Below, one piece after another: positions 36,255-45,964 of a DNA stretch of 64,000 bases. The notes beneath the pieces are model-generated. The model had not been told where the DNA came from and searched no databases. It saw only the letters and a list, made by a program, of their open reading frames with translations. This DNA comes from Bacteroidales bacterium (GTDB lineage: Bacteria; Bacteroidota; Bacteroidia; Bacteroidales; JAIOZK01). The translations under genes and the position numbers were made by a program. Numbering within the stretch: the first letter of the stretch is position 1; each line of letters opens with the position of its first letter. The stretch is taken from positions 2,289 to 66,288 of the forward strand of contig JAIOZK010000021.1 of NCBI GenBank assembly GCA_021740625.1. Direction: 5' to 3'.

Positions 36255-37271
36255 TTAAACGAACTTTTCGATCAATTCCACCAGCCTTTGGGAGTAACCC
36301 ATCTCATTATCATACCAGGCAACGACTTTTACAAGTTTATTTTTATCGCCAAGCACAGCTGTGAGGCCGGCATCGAATACAGCCGAATGTGTGTTTCCGA
36401 GAATATCCATAGAAACAATGGGGTCCTCCGTATATTCCAGGATGCCTTTTAGTCTTCCTTCCGCAGCTTCTTTAAAAGCCTTGTTGATCTCTTGGGTGCT
36501 GGTGCATTTTTTCAGGGTACAGGTGAGGTCGGTCAGGGATGCATCCGGAACAGGTACCCTGATGCCTGCACCACCCAGGTTCTTTTTCAGATGGGGGAAT
36601 ATTCTTGTGGAGGCTTTTGCCGCTCCTGTTGTTGTTGGAACAATCGAATAAGCTGCTGCCCTGGCACGGCGAAGGTCTTTGTGCGGGGCATCCAGCAGAT
36701 TTTGATCTCTTGTATAGGAATGCACCGTTGTTATGAAGCCTTTTTCAACACCCCAGAGTTCATCCAAAATCATGATCAAGGGAGCCACATTGTTGGTGGT
36801 ACAGGAAGAGTTGGAAATGATGACCTCATTCTTATCAATGATGTGATCATTCACACCCAATACCACGTATTTTACATCAGCCCGTTCGCCTTTGGCAGGA
36901 GCTGAAATAATTACTTTCCTGGCACCCGATTCTTCCACATGGCGGATCGCTTGCTCGCGGTTAACAAACTGCCCTGTTGATTCTATCACCACATCAATGT
37001 CCAGCTCTCTCCAGGGAAGTCTACCCGGATCTTCAATTGAATAAACCCGGATGGGATCTCCATTCACGATGATATGATCACCATTGTTCTCAACTGTACC
37101 GGGAAATTGCCGGTGAACAGAATCGTATTTGAGTAGGTGGGCCAGAGTAGGAGTATCTGTGAGGTCATTGATGGCAACAACTTCCATTTTCTTGTTCAGT
37201 ACCAATCTCCTGAGGGTGATCCGTCCTATTCTTCCGAAACCATTGATCGCAACACGTATCTTCGACATCAC
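36255..37271 (-). CDS. gap: Type I glyceraldehyde-3-phosphate dehydrogenase
   Basis: The matching segments are VAINGFGRIGR, the active-site SNSSCTTN and WYDNEMGYS. Confidence 0.93.
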   Translation of the reverse strand: MMSKIRVAINGFGRIGRITLRRLVLNKKMEVVAINDLTDTPTLAHLLKYDSVHRQFPGTVENNGDHIIVNGDPIRVYSIEDPGRLPWRELDIDVVIESTGQFVNREQAIRHVEESGARKVIISAPAKGERADVKYVVLGVNDHIIDKNEVIISNSSCTTNNVAPLIMILDELWGVEKGFITTVHSYTRDQNLLDAPHKDLRRARAAAYSIVPTTTGAAKASTRIFPHLKKNLGGAGIRVPVPDASLTDLTCTLKKCTSTQEINKAFKEAAEGRLKGILEYTEDPIVSMDILGNTHSAVFDAGLTAVLGDKNKLVKVVAWYDNEMGYSQRLVELIEKFV

Positions 37272-37291
37272 ACAAACTTTATAATTTGCCG

Positions 37292-37299
37292 CAAATTTA
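37292..37299 (-). promoter_or_regulatory. -7 box TAAATTTG upstream of gap
   Basis: The plus strand reads caaattta, which is TAAATTTG on the minus strand, 21 nt upstream of the ATG at 37271. Confidence 0.35.
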
Positions 37300-37395
37300 A
37301 TGAAAAAGATGGAAGATAGAAGCCTTATACGTATACTTGATAATGGTTATTACTTGAATAGCATATTGACCGGGACCGGTATTGGCACAAGGGTT

Positions 37396-40056
37396 TTATT
37401 TCACCAGGGTAACGGTTCCCGTCACGATGTCGTTCTGCCCGTGGTCGTTGGTATAGTTGATCTGATATATGTAGGTACCTGTCGGGGCAATTTCTCCGTT
37501 GATTGTGCCGTTCCAGCCTTCATCCAAATTATCAGTTTCGAAAACTTTTTCCCCCCAGCGTGAAAAAATGAAGAGGCTGAATTTTTCTACCCCGGAAGCC
37601 CGAACCCTGAATTTATCATTGCCATGCGTGCTGCCCGGTCTGAAAGCATTGGGCGCAAAGAATTTTGGCTCTGAATGGATTTGTACCATTTTGGACAGGG
37701 AATCCCAGCATCCGTAATTGTTGTAAACGATCAACCTGATGTTAAAGTTACCGGCATCTTCGTATTTGTAGGCAATGTGTTTTTCATTGTATATGACGGT
37801 TCCATCACCCATATCCCAGATCCATTCATGCGGATCACCCGTGGAATGATCATCAACAAATATTTCAGGTTCATTGGTCGTGGTCTGATCTGTTGATAAA
37901 CTAAAGTCTGCATCAGGACTGTCATAAACAGAGATATACTGTTCCAGCGATTTTGAATCTTTGCATATGTCGTTTGTAACTTGCAGGGAAACACTATAAA
38001 TTCCTGCTTCCTTATAAACATAAGCAGGTTCTTGAACATTGGAATGCTCTCCATTGCCAAATGACCATGAAAAGGAAGAGTGGTCTGTTAAGCCCGTCGA
38101 AAGATTTTTGAACTGAATGTTTGCCGGAGCGCATGCCTCTACGATATCGCTGCTGAAGTCCACTTCAGGAGCGGACAGGATGTGCAATGTTTTTTGGGTA
38201 AGTTCGCTTTCAAAACCATCTAAATAAACCTTCAGGCTGATGTTCTTTTCCCCTGCTTCATTCCAGCATACCTCGTAAGGACCTTCTTCAGGTCCGGTTG
38301 CCTGGCCACCGTCAAAATCCCATTCGTATTCAGCACCGGGCAGATGAACTTCGGTATAACTGATGCGAATTTCCTCACCTGTGCATCCTTCGTTGGCACT
38401 GAATGAGAAATCTGATGAGATGGGGTCTACGATGATGATATTTAATGCTGCGGTATTGCTACAGGATGTTTGATCATTTATTCCTGTCAGGGTATATACG
38501 GTGAGCGGTTCTGTGGGACTCACAACTGGATTCTGGAGGTGTTCCTGTCCCGACAGGCTGGGATCCGGGGGAGCTGCCGACCAGAAATAGGAATCGGCAC
38601 CACCGGCATGCAATGTGATGGATTCGCCCGTTATGATATGATTTTCATCTGCAGTTGCCGTTAGTTGCGGCCTTGGATTTACAAAAACGGTAACAGAATC
38701 CTGATCGGAACAGTTGCCAAAAACATGGATGCAATAGGTGGAGGTTTCTTCAGGACTAACTTCCAGTTGGTAAGTTGAGTCACCCGTATTCCAAAGGCAT
38801 TCATTTCCACCACTGCCCATTAAAACTATGGTATCTCCTGCACAGATCTCCTGGTCCGGGCCTGCATCGGCCTGCACACTGTGATCCACAAAAACACAAA
38901 CAGTATCAGAAACGGTGTTGTTGCATGCATCTGTTACAAATACGATATAACATTCATCATTTTCCGGTCTCACTTCAATAGACCTTGTGTTTTCGCCGGT
39001 ATTCCATAAATAATCCTCGCCACCGCTGGCAGTCAGGGTGACAATCTCCCCGGGGCAAATACTTACATCTTCACCTGCATAAGCCTGCGGACTGTCAACA
39101 TAAACCCAAACCGAATCCGTATCCGAATTGTTGCAATCATCATACACTGTTACCGTATACATCGTATTCTCTTCCGGGCTCACCTTGATAAGGTCGGAAT
39201 TGTATCCACCCGGTTCCCAGTAGTAAGATGTTCCGCCTCCTGCTTTCAGGCTTGCAAAACCACCCAGGCAAATTGAAGTATCGCTGGAAACTGTAGCCAC
39301 GGGCCCCATCACTTCGATGAAGATGGAATCGATCTGCAGATCACCACATGCATCCGACTGGTGAACAATATACGTTGTTGAACTATCTGGATGGACTTTT
39401 GGCCGGGCAACGGAATCAAAAGGTATATGATTACCTGATATGAACCAGTAGTAAGAAAAGGGAGGCAAACCGCCATCATAAACTGTATAAAGCCTTACAG
39501 TATCTGAGCAATGAATGCCGCTAAATTCCGGGGTATTCATGGTGAATTCCGGCTTGTCATAAATATGAAAGGTTGTGGTTTTTAATTCAGGATTGGATCT
39601 TGGGCTATTCTGATCGTAGGATATAATAGCCATTTCAACGCCTTCTGGTATGTTATCTTCCCATGCAACTATATCAACATAAGCGAAGCGCTGCCCCTTG
39701 GGTATCAATATGGAATCAGGGATGGTGTCATAATCAACTCCGTTTCTGGCACTGCCTTCAATTAACAGGGGCACATAAATATCCTCGCTTGTATGTTCTG
39801 ACAATTCAATGATCAACTGGGCTATGTTGCATCCCTCAACGGCGATGGTGTCGGGTTCGAAAGGAGCCAACGGATCCATGGGATTAAGCTTGAAAAAATG
39901 ATTGAAAAACTGCTTTGAATCCGAATGAAAATAATCTGCCTTGTTGGTTTCAGATAATACCGTGCTGCAAAGTGCAGGCTTGCCTATCAAGAACAGTGCT
40001 AGCAATATATTGATAGATACACCTTTAATAAACGAAAATTTAGCAGCACACCCCAT
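37396..40056 (-). CDS. T9SS type B (gliding-motility-associated C-terminal domain) cargo protein with Calx-beta-like, Cys-rich Ig-like and PKD-like modules
   Basis: The C-terminus reads FAPNAFRPGSTHGNDKF...FSRWGEKVFE...GWNGT...GTYIYQI...TVTLVK. There are four repeats of about 55 aa with the pattern ICxG..L.A.GG..Y.W. The start is set at MGCAAKFSF, which begins a signal peptide. Confidence 0.8.
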   Translation of the reverse strand: MGCAAKFSFIKGVSINILLALFLIGKPALCSTVLSETNKADYFHSDSKQFFNHFFKLNPMDPLAPFEPDTIAVEGCNIAQLIIELSEHTSEDIYVPLLIEGSARNGVDYDTIPDSILIPKGQRFAYVDIVAWEDNIPEGVEMAIISYDQNSPRSNPELKTTTFHIYDKPEFTMNTPEFSGIHCSDTVRLYTVYDGGLPPFSYYWFISGNHIPFDSVARPKVHPDSSTTYIVHQSDACGDLQIDSIFIEVMGPVATVSSDTSICLGGFASLKAGGGTSYYWEPGGYNSDLIKVSPEENTMYTVTVYDDCNNSDTDSVWVYVDSPQAYAGEDVSICPGEIVTLTASGGEDYLWNTGENTRSIEVRPENDECYIVFVTDACNNTVSDTVCVFVDHSVQADAGPDQEICAGDTIVLMGSGGNECLWNTGDSTYQLEVSPEETSTYCIHVFGNCSDQDSVTVFVNPRPQLTATADENHIITGESITLHAGGADSYFWSAAPPDPSLSGQEHLQNPVVSPTEPLTVYTLTGINDQTSCSNTAALNIIIVDPISSDFSFSANEGCTGEEIRISYTEVHLPGAEYEWDFDGGQATGPEEGPYEVCWNEAGEKNISLKVYLDGFESELTQKTLHILSAPEVDFSSDIVEACAPANIQFKNLSTGLTDHSSFSWSFGNGEHSNVQEPAYVYKEAGIYSVSLQVTNDICKDSKSLEQYISVYDSPDADFSLSTDQTTTNEPEIFVDDHSTGDPHEWIWDMGDGTVIYNEKHIAYKYEDAGNFNIRLIVYNNYGCWDSLSKMVQIHSEPKFFAPNAFRPGSTHGNDKFRVRASGVEKFSLFIFSRWGEKVFETDNLDEGWNGTINGEIAPTGTYIYQINYTNDHGQNDIVTGTVTLVK

Positions 40057-40192
40057 TTTAGTTTGGATCCTTGAAGAAAAATCAAGTACGAATATAATAA
40101 AAATGTAAACTTTTCCACAAAAAATCTTTAACAATTTTGGAAAAATAAAAATCGTATGCTATAAAATAAGGTCAAAACCGGAAAAGCAACAA

Positions 40193-43100
40193 CTATTTTA
40201 TCAATGTAAGTGTGCCCGTTACTTCTTCAATTTGACCCAGATTATTGGTGTAGTTGATGCGATAGACATAGGTGCCCATGGGAGCGATCTCTCCGTTGAG
40301 TTTACCATCCCAGCCTTCGTTAATATTGCTGGTTTCGAAAACAATTTCTCCCCAGCGGGAATAGATCACCATATTGAATTTTTCGATGCCGGTGGCCTTC
40401 ACAACAAATTTATCATTACCCTGTGTGCTCTCCGGATTAAAAGCATTGGGAGCAAAAAGGTTCGGATGTGGTTTGATGGTTAGGGTTTTTGAAATCGAGT
40501 CTACACAACCATGCATGTTCTCAACCACTAACAATACGTTGAACGTTCCTGTTGTTTGGTATGGGTATTCCGGATTCTGATCATCCTCAATAATGTTCCC
40601 GTCGCCCATATCCCAAAGCCAGTTGACAGCATCTGCCGAAGAAAGGTCAGTAAAACTGATTTCAGGATTTTTAATGGATGTTAGTGTGGGGGAGAGGCTG
40701 AAATTAGCTTCAGGATTGTCATGAACACGGATATAATCCGTTATGGTCTTCTTATTCTGGCAATTTCCGTTTTGCACCTGCAGACTCACAGAATAGATGC
40801 CTGCCTGATCGTATGTTACCTGAGGGTTCATAGAATTAGCGTTCATCCCGTTGCCGAAATCCCAGCTATAAACAGCATCCTGAACAGTATACAGGCTGCT
40901 GTCGTAAAAGTTGAAGAGTGCGGGCACACAAGCTTCTGTGGTGTTTGCTGTAAAATCCACAAAGGGTGTTGGATTTACTGTGATTTCCTTGATGGTAGAA
41001 TCGCTTTCACATCCGGCTTCAAAAACTTTCAGGCTGATGACTTTCGTACCGGTATCTGCCCATGAAATGGCATATGGACCCTGCCCGGAACCACTGGCAA
41101 TAGCACCGTCAAAATTCCAGTCATAATCAGCACCGGATGAAGCATTTCCTGTGTAAAATATACTGATCGTGTCACCCGTACAAAGCGAAGTTTCTTCCGG
41201 ATTATAATCAGATAAAAGTGGTTCTTTAACCTGTATATCAATTGTGGTTGTATTTTCGCAAGCTGTTGCTGTCAGTGTTCCCGCAAGTGTGTAAGTTGTA
41301 AGTGGAACAGTCGGGCTAACCAGGGGATTCGGACTGTTTTCCTGTCCTGACAAACTCGGATCCACAGGTTCCGATGTCCAGTAATATTCATCGGCTCCGC
41401 TGGCCATTAACAAAACAGTATCTCCATAACAGAGCATATCATTATTTGCCTGGACTTCCAATTCCGGAAGGGGGTTTACAAATACCGTAACAGAGTCAGT
41501 ATCATCACACCCATCGCTCACCGTAACATAGTAAGTTGTTGTGGTAGCCGGAGAAACCTGGATGCTTTGCGTTTCCTCCCCGGTATTCCAGAAATATTCC
41601 ACTCCGCCGCTGGCTGCCAGGATTGCAGTGTCGCCATAACAAATGCTCTGATCTTCACCTGCATTGGCTACTACGGCATCATTCACAAAAACACAAACAG
41701 TATCGGATGCAACATTATCACAGGCATCGGTAACATAAACGATGTAACATTCATCGCTGTCAGGGGTTACAGTAATGGTCTGGCCGGTTTCACCCGTACT
41801 CCATTCATATTCAATTCCGCCGCCTGCGGTCAGGTTTGCCGACTCTCCAATGCAAATATTAACATCTTCGCCTGCATCTGCCTGGGGACTGTTCACAAAC
41901 ACTGTTACTGTATCTGTATCCGAATTATTGCATTCATCGAAAACCGTTACAATATATGTTTTTTCTGATGGGGGGCTCACTTTGATCGTTGCAGTGGTGT
42001 CTCCTGTTGGCGACCATAAATAAGTAAATCCGCCACCTGCCGTCAGGCTTGCCGAATCACCCAGGCAAATGGAGGTATCCGTTGAAACACTTGCTGTGGG
42101 ACCCACCACATCTACAAATACGGTATCGATCAATGTATCCCCGCAGGCATCCCATTGATGCACGATGTATTCCGTGGGGTTAAAAGGATTGATGTCCGGA
42201 TTGGCTGCGGTATCAAATGGGATCGTATCTCCTGAAACATACCAGTTATAAAGATACGGAGGCATGCCACCATCCTGCAAAGTAAATAATTGCATAGAAT
42301 CTGCACAATGCACCGTCGTATCTTCTCTTGCCTGCATGATATATTCGGGACGGTCGTATATTTTAATGACCAGGGTGGTATCGTTGGGTTCGCATAGAGA
42401 AGTATTGTATGTTATCGTAACAGTTTCGTATCCTTCGGCTATTGTATCATAAAAGGGGATTATGTCCAGGTAAGCATTTTTGTGACCTTGTTCAATGATC
42501 AATTCTTCGGGGATGGTGTCGTAATCAATTCCGTTTTGTGCAAAACCACCTATGGTTAAAGGCAGCACAAAATCCTCCGTTGCATGATCTGCAAGGCTGA
42601 ATTTAATCTGTGCACTGTTGCAATCTTCTACAGCGATGCTGTCGATATAGGGTGAGTCAAAATTTACCGTACTGCTAACTCCCACCGCATTAAAACTATT
42701 GGCTTCCAAAAAAACACCCGAATCAAGTGCTCGGTCAACAGCGTCTCCAACCGTCAGTTTAATATGATATGTTGAACAGGGTGTGACCTCGGCAATAGCC
42801 CTTAAAACCGGCCAGAGCATTCCTCCTTTTGTAAACCCGTCATATTCGATTGTTTGTCCATTCGGATTGTCATAATAAAACTCCGAATGATCTTCATTAT
42901 TCACACTATCGATTGTAACATAAGTATTATCTGTTCCTGGTATAACTGCGATATTGATACCATTGTTCGAAAAAGTTCCACTGATTCCTGGACCACTGAT
43001 GAAAAAGCCGAAAGCATCATTATACGAGTCCACAAATTCAAGGTATTCATCAGAACCAAATACATAACTGAATTGCATGTTTGAAGACTGGGGTACAAAG

Positions 43101-43477
43101 TCAAATTCAAGCACAGATGCATCATTGGTGGGATCATTTGCGAGTTGGGTTAGGTCGGGATCGCCACTTGCACCATTGTTGTAGCTTATACCAGTACTCG
43201 TAATCGGACCTATAGCATTGGTTGCTCTTCCGGAAGTTAGTATCAGCCCTGAGTCAATTCCCAGGTTGCTCTCTCCCCAGAACCTTCCCTGTGCAACATC
43301 AGCTCCTGTATAAGAAATGTTGCTTACAGAAACACCATCTCCAATTAGGAGGTCCACAAGTTCTTCCGGTGTCAGGGATTCTTCAACATTTAGCTGGGCG
43401 TAAACAGGATGTATTCCAGGTTGAACAAGTAATAAAGTAGTGATCAGAGTGAATAATCTGACAAATCTCAACTTCAT
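40193..43477 (-). CDS. T9SS type B cargo protein, paralogue of the downstream gene plus an N-terminal choice-of-anchor-L-like domain
   Basis: The N-terminal segments are LTPEELVDLLIGDGVSVSNISYTG, LTSG and SGDPDL..., and FVFGSDEY-type (YVFGSDEYLEF). The rest is colinear with the 912-aa neighbour through to an FAPNAFNPES...TLTLIK tail. The start is set at MKLRFVRLF. Confidence 0.8.
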   Translation of the reverse strand: MKLRFVRLFTLITTLLLVQPGIHPVYAQLNVEESLTPEELVDLLIGDGVSVSNISYTGADVAQGRFWGESNLGIDSGLILTSGRATNAIGPITSTGISYNNGASGDPDLTQLANDPTNDASVLEFDFVPQSSNMQFSYVFGSDEYLEFVDSYNDAFGFFISGPGISGTFSNNGINIAVIPGTDNTYVTIDSVNNEDHSEFYYDNPNGQTIEYDGFTKGGMLWPVLRAIAEVTPCSTYHIKLTVGDAVDRALDSGVFLEANSFNAVGVSSTVNFDSPYIDSIAVEDCNSAQIKFSLADHATEDFVLPLTIGGFAQNGIDYDTIPEELIIEQGHKNAYLDIIPFYDTIAEGYETVTITYNTSLCEPNDTTLVIKIYDRPEYIMQAREDTTVHCADSMQLFTLQDGGMPPYLYNWYVSGDTIPFDTAANPDINPFNPTEYIVHQWDACGDTLIDTVFVDVVGPTASVSTDTSICLGDSASLTAGGGFTYLWSPTGDTTATIKVSPPSEKTYIVTVFDECNNSDTDTVTVFVNSPQADAGEDVNICIGESANLTAGGGIEYEWSTGETGQTITVTPDSDECYIVYVTDACDNVASDTVCVFVNDAVVANAGEDQSICYGDTAILAASGGVEYFWNTGEETQSIQVSPATTTTYYVTVSDGCDDTDSVTVFVNPLPELEVQANNDMLCYGDTVLLMASGADEYYWTSEPVDPSLSGQENSPNPLVSPTVPLTTYTLAGTLTATACENTTTIDIQVKEPLLSDYNPEETSLCTGDTISIFYTGNASSGADYDWNFDGAIASGSGQGPYAISWADTGTKVISLKVFEAGCESDSTIKEITVNPTPFVDFTANTTEACVPALFNFYDSSLYTVQDAVYSWDFGNGMNANSMNPQVTYDQAGIYSVSLQVQNGNCQNKKTITDYIRVHDNPEANFSLSPTLTSIKNPEISFTDLSSADAVNWLWDMGDGNIIEDDQNPEYPYQTTGTFNVLLVVENMHGCVDSISKTLTIKPHPNLFAPNAFNPESTQGNDKFVVKATGIEKFNMVIYSRWGEIVFETSNINEGWDGKLNGEIAPMGTYVYRINYTNNLGQIEEVTGTLTLIK

Positions 43478-43636
43478 AAAACAGTAATTCTTAAGTTTTC
43501 CGCTCCAAAAAATTAGAAGGCTCAAAAATAGCAAAATAAATATAAAGAATGTAATATATGTTCATGTAAAAGCAAAAAATCATGAATCTTAACAAATAAT
43601 AAACAATTTAAAGCATTCAAAATCAAGTCAAATTCT

Positions 43637-43644
43637 TACCTTTG
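43637..43644 (+). promoter_or_regulatory. -7 box TACCTTTG upstream of the M20 dipeptidase gene
   Basis: tacctttg lies 30 nt upstream of the ATG at 43674. Confidence 0.4.
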
Positions 43645-43673
43645 AACGCAAAATTAATTTCAAGCATTACGAT

Positions 43674-45044
43674 ATGGAGAAAGCATTAAATTTTATTGAA
43701 GAAAACAAAGACAGATTTCTTGAAGAGTTGTTTGATTTGATCAGGATCCCTTCCATCAGTTCTGAGAAGGAGCACAAGGGGGATATGATCAAAGCGGCAG
43801 AATACTGGAAAGAAGCCATTTTAAAGGCTGGAGCCGACAAAGCAGAAATTTATGAAACGGAAGGTAATCCGATTGTTTATGGTGAAAAGATGATCGATCC
43901 TTCATTACCGACGGTGATCGTTTACGGTCATTATGATGTGATGCCAGTGGATCCTGTAGATCTTTGGAACACGGAACCTTTCGAGCCGGTGATCAAAGAT
44001 GGTAAGATTTGGGCCCGTGGCGCCGATGATGACAAAGGACAGGCCTGGATGCATGCCAAGGCTTTTGAAGCAATGGTGAAAACCGATACGCTGCCCTGCA
44101 ATGTAAAATTCATGGTAGAAGGTGAAGAAGAGATCGGTTCGGCCAATCTGGCAAAGTTCTGCGCGAAGAACAAGGATCTCTTATCAGGTGATATTATTCT
44201 GGTTTCCGATACCAGCATGTTAGGTCCCAAAATGCCTTCCATCACAACCGGCCTGCGTGGTTTGTCGTACTGGGAAGTGGAAGTTACCGGTCCCAACCGC
44301 GACTTACACTCCGGCTTGTTTGGCGGTGCAGTGGCCAATCCTATCAATGTGCTTTCCGACCTGATCGCCCAGATGGTGGATGAGAATGGACATGTGACCA
44401 TACCGGGATTTTACGATGATGTGCAGGAAGTATCGGATAAGGAAAGAGAACTGCTCAACAAGGCGCCTTTTGATGAGGATGTCTACAAAAAAGCCATTGG
44501 TGTAAAAGAGCTTTGGGGTGAAAAAGGATTCACAACCTTGGAAAGAACCGGTATCCGCTGTTCATTTGATGTTTGTGGTATCTGGGGTGGTTATACCGGC
44601 GAAGGTGCTAAAACCGTATTGCCTTCGAAAGCACATGCCAAGATCTCCAGCCGGCTGGTTCCGCACCAGGACAATGAAAAGATCGCACAACTGTTTAAAG
44701 AGCATTTCGAAAAGATCGCTCCGCCAAGTGTAAAAGTGGATGTAAAAGTACTGCATGGCGGACAGCCTTATGTTTGCCCGATCGACATCCCGGCCTATAA
44801 GGCAGCCGAAAAGGCTTATCAGGATGTGTACAATATTCAGCCTGTACCCGTAAGAAGCGGTGGCAGCATTCCGATTATTTCAACATTTGAAACGGAACTG
44901 GGTATTAAGTCGGTTTTGATGGGCTTTGGTTTGGAGGATGATGCCATCCATTCTCCCAATGAGAATTATCCCCTGGAACAATTCTATAACGGAATGAGAA
45001 CCATCCCGAGATTTTATAAATACTATGCAGAATTAATGAAATAA
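43674..45044 (+). CDS. M20 family dipeptidase/metallohydrolase
   Basis: The matching segments are VIVYGHYDVMPVD, GRGADDDKGQ, the EGEEEIGS metal ligands and the C-terminal HSPNE. Confidence 0.85.
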   Translation: MEKALNFIEENKDRFLEELFDLIRIPSISSEKEHKGDMIKAAEYWKEAILKAGADKAEIYETEGNPIVYGEKMIDPSLPTVIVYGHYDVMPVDPVDLWNTEPFEPVIKDGKIWARGADDDKGQAWMHAKAFEAMVKTDTLPCNVKFMVEGEEEIGSANLAKFCAKNKDLLSGDIILVSDTSMLGPKMPSITTGLRGLSYWEVEVTGPNRDLHSGLFGGAVANPINVLSDLIAQMVDENGHVTIPGFYDDVQEVSDKERELLNKAPFDEDVYKKAIGVKELWGEKGFTTLERTGIRCSFDVCGIWGGYTGEGAKTVLPSKAHAKISSRLVPHQDNEKIAQLFKEHFEKIAPPSVKVDVKVLHGGQPYVCPIDIPAYKAAEKAYQDVYNIQPVPVRSGGSIPIISTFETELGIKSVLMGFGLEDDAIHSPNENYPLEQFYNGMRTIPRFYKYYAELMK

Positions 45045-45050
45045 AAAAAA

Positions 45051-45078
45051 GCCCTGTTGGACAACAGGGCTTTTTTTT
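45051..45078. terminator. Bidirectional rho-independent terminator
   Basis: The stem is gccctgtt paired with aacagggc, with a 4-nt loop. It is flanked by an A run (45043-45050) and a T run (45071-45078). It lies between the convergent M20 and peroxiredoxin genes. Confidence 0.75.
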
Positions 45079-45718
45079 ATTGATCTTTCCTTTTACCAAG
45101 ATAACTGGCAATGCTGTCGGCTTCTTCTTTCAGGCCTTCATCACCTTCGTGCCAGTCGGCTGGACATACCTCCCCGTTTTCCTCGTAAAAATGCAATGCA
45201 TCTACCATTCGGAGGGTTTCGTCCACACTTCTTCCCAGCGGCATGTCGTTTACCACCTGGTGGCGAACAACACCCTGTTTGTCGATCAGGAACAGACCAC
45301 GGTATGATGCCGGTTCACCATCGAATTCCATTTCACCTTCTTCGTTGTAATCGTATTCGCCTGCCAGTACATCATAATTTTCAGAGATTGTTTTGGAAAG
45401 GTCGGCTACAATGGGGTAAGTAACGCTCTGGATACCGCCTTTCTCCTGTGGTGTATTGAGCCAGGCCCAGTGCGAATGTTTTGAGTCTACCGAGCAACCA
45501 ACAATTGCCGTATTTCTATCTTCAAATTCTTTAATCCTTTTTTGAAATGCGATCAGTTCGGTGGGACATACAAAAGTAAAATCAGCAGGGTAAAAGAAAA
45601 AAACTACATACTTTTTTCCGATATACTGCTGCAAAGAAAACTTTTCCTGAAATTCACCACCATTGATCACTGCGTCAGCTTCAAAAATGGGTGCTTTCTT
45701 TCCTGTTAATACTGCCAT
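45077..45718 (-). CDS. Typical 2-Cys peroxiredoxin (AhpC/Tsa family)
   Basis: The peroxidatic site is FTFVCPTE and the resolving Cys is in GEVCPADW. Confidence 0.9.
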   Translation of the reverse strand: MAVLTGKKAPIFEADAVINGGEFQEKFSLQQYIGKKYVVFFFYPADFTFVCPTELIAFQKRIKEFEDRNTAIVGCSVDSKHSHWAWLNTPQEKGGIQSVTYPIVADLSKTISENYDVLAGEYDYNEEGEMEFDGEPASYRGLFLIDKQGVVRHQVVNDMPLGRSVDETLRMVDALHFYEENGEVCPADWHEGDEGLKEEADSIASYLGKRKDQ

Positions 45719-45854
45719 GTTAATTTTTTTTTGGTTTATGAATTTGTTTTTCAGTGCAAAGATATAAAATTGCTGTTTATTTAGAAAAGATATAAATAAA
45801 TTAACGGATTGTTAACGGTGGAGAATCAAAAGCTGTTTGGTTCATCCAAACTTC

Positions 45855-45946
45855 GGCATTCGACATTGGACATTGGAATTCGAAATTCAAAAAATGTCGA
45901 ATGTCGAATTATAAATAACGAATGTCGAACAAAATGTCCTGTCCTG
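45855..45946. repeat. Cluster of short CGACATT / AATGTCG repeats in both orientations
   Basis: cattcgacatt (45857-45867) is the exact reverse complement of aatgtcgaatg (45893-45903). Tandem gacattg occurs twice (45862-45875) and tandem atgtcga occurs twice (45894-45907). A further cgaatgtcgaa is at 45919-45929, and tgtcctgtcctg is at 45935-45946. Confidence 0.7.
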
Positions 45947-45964
45947 AAAAAAAATATAGAAGTA

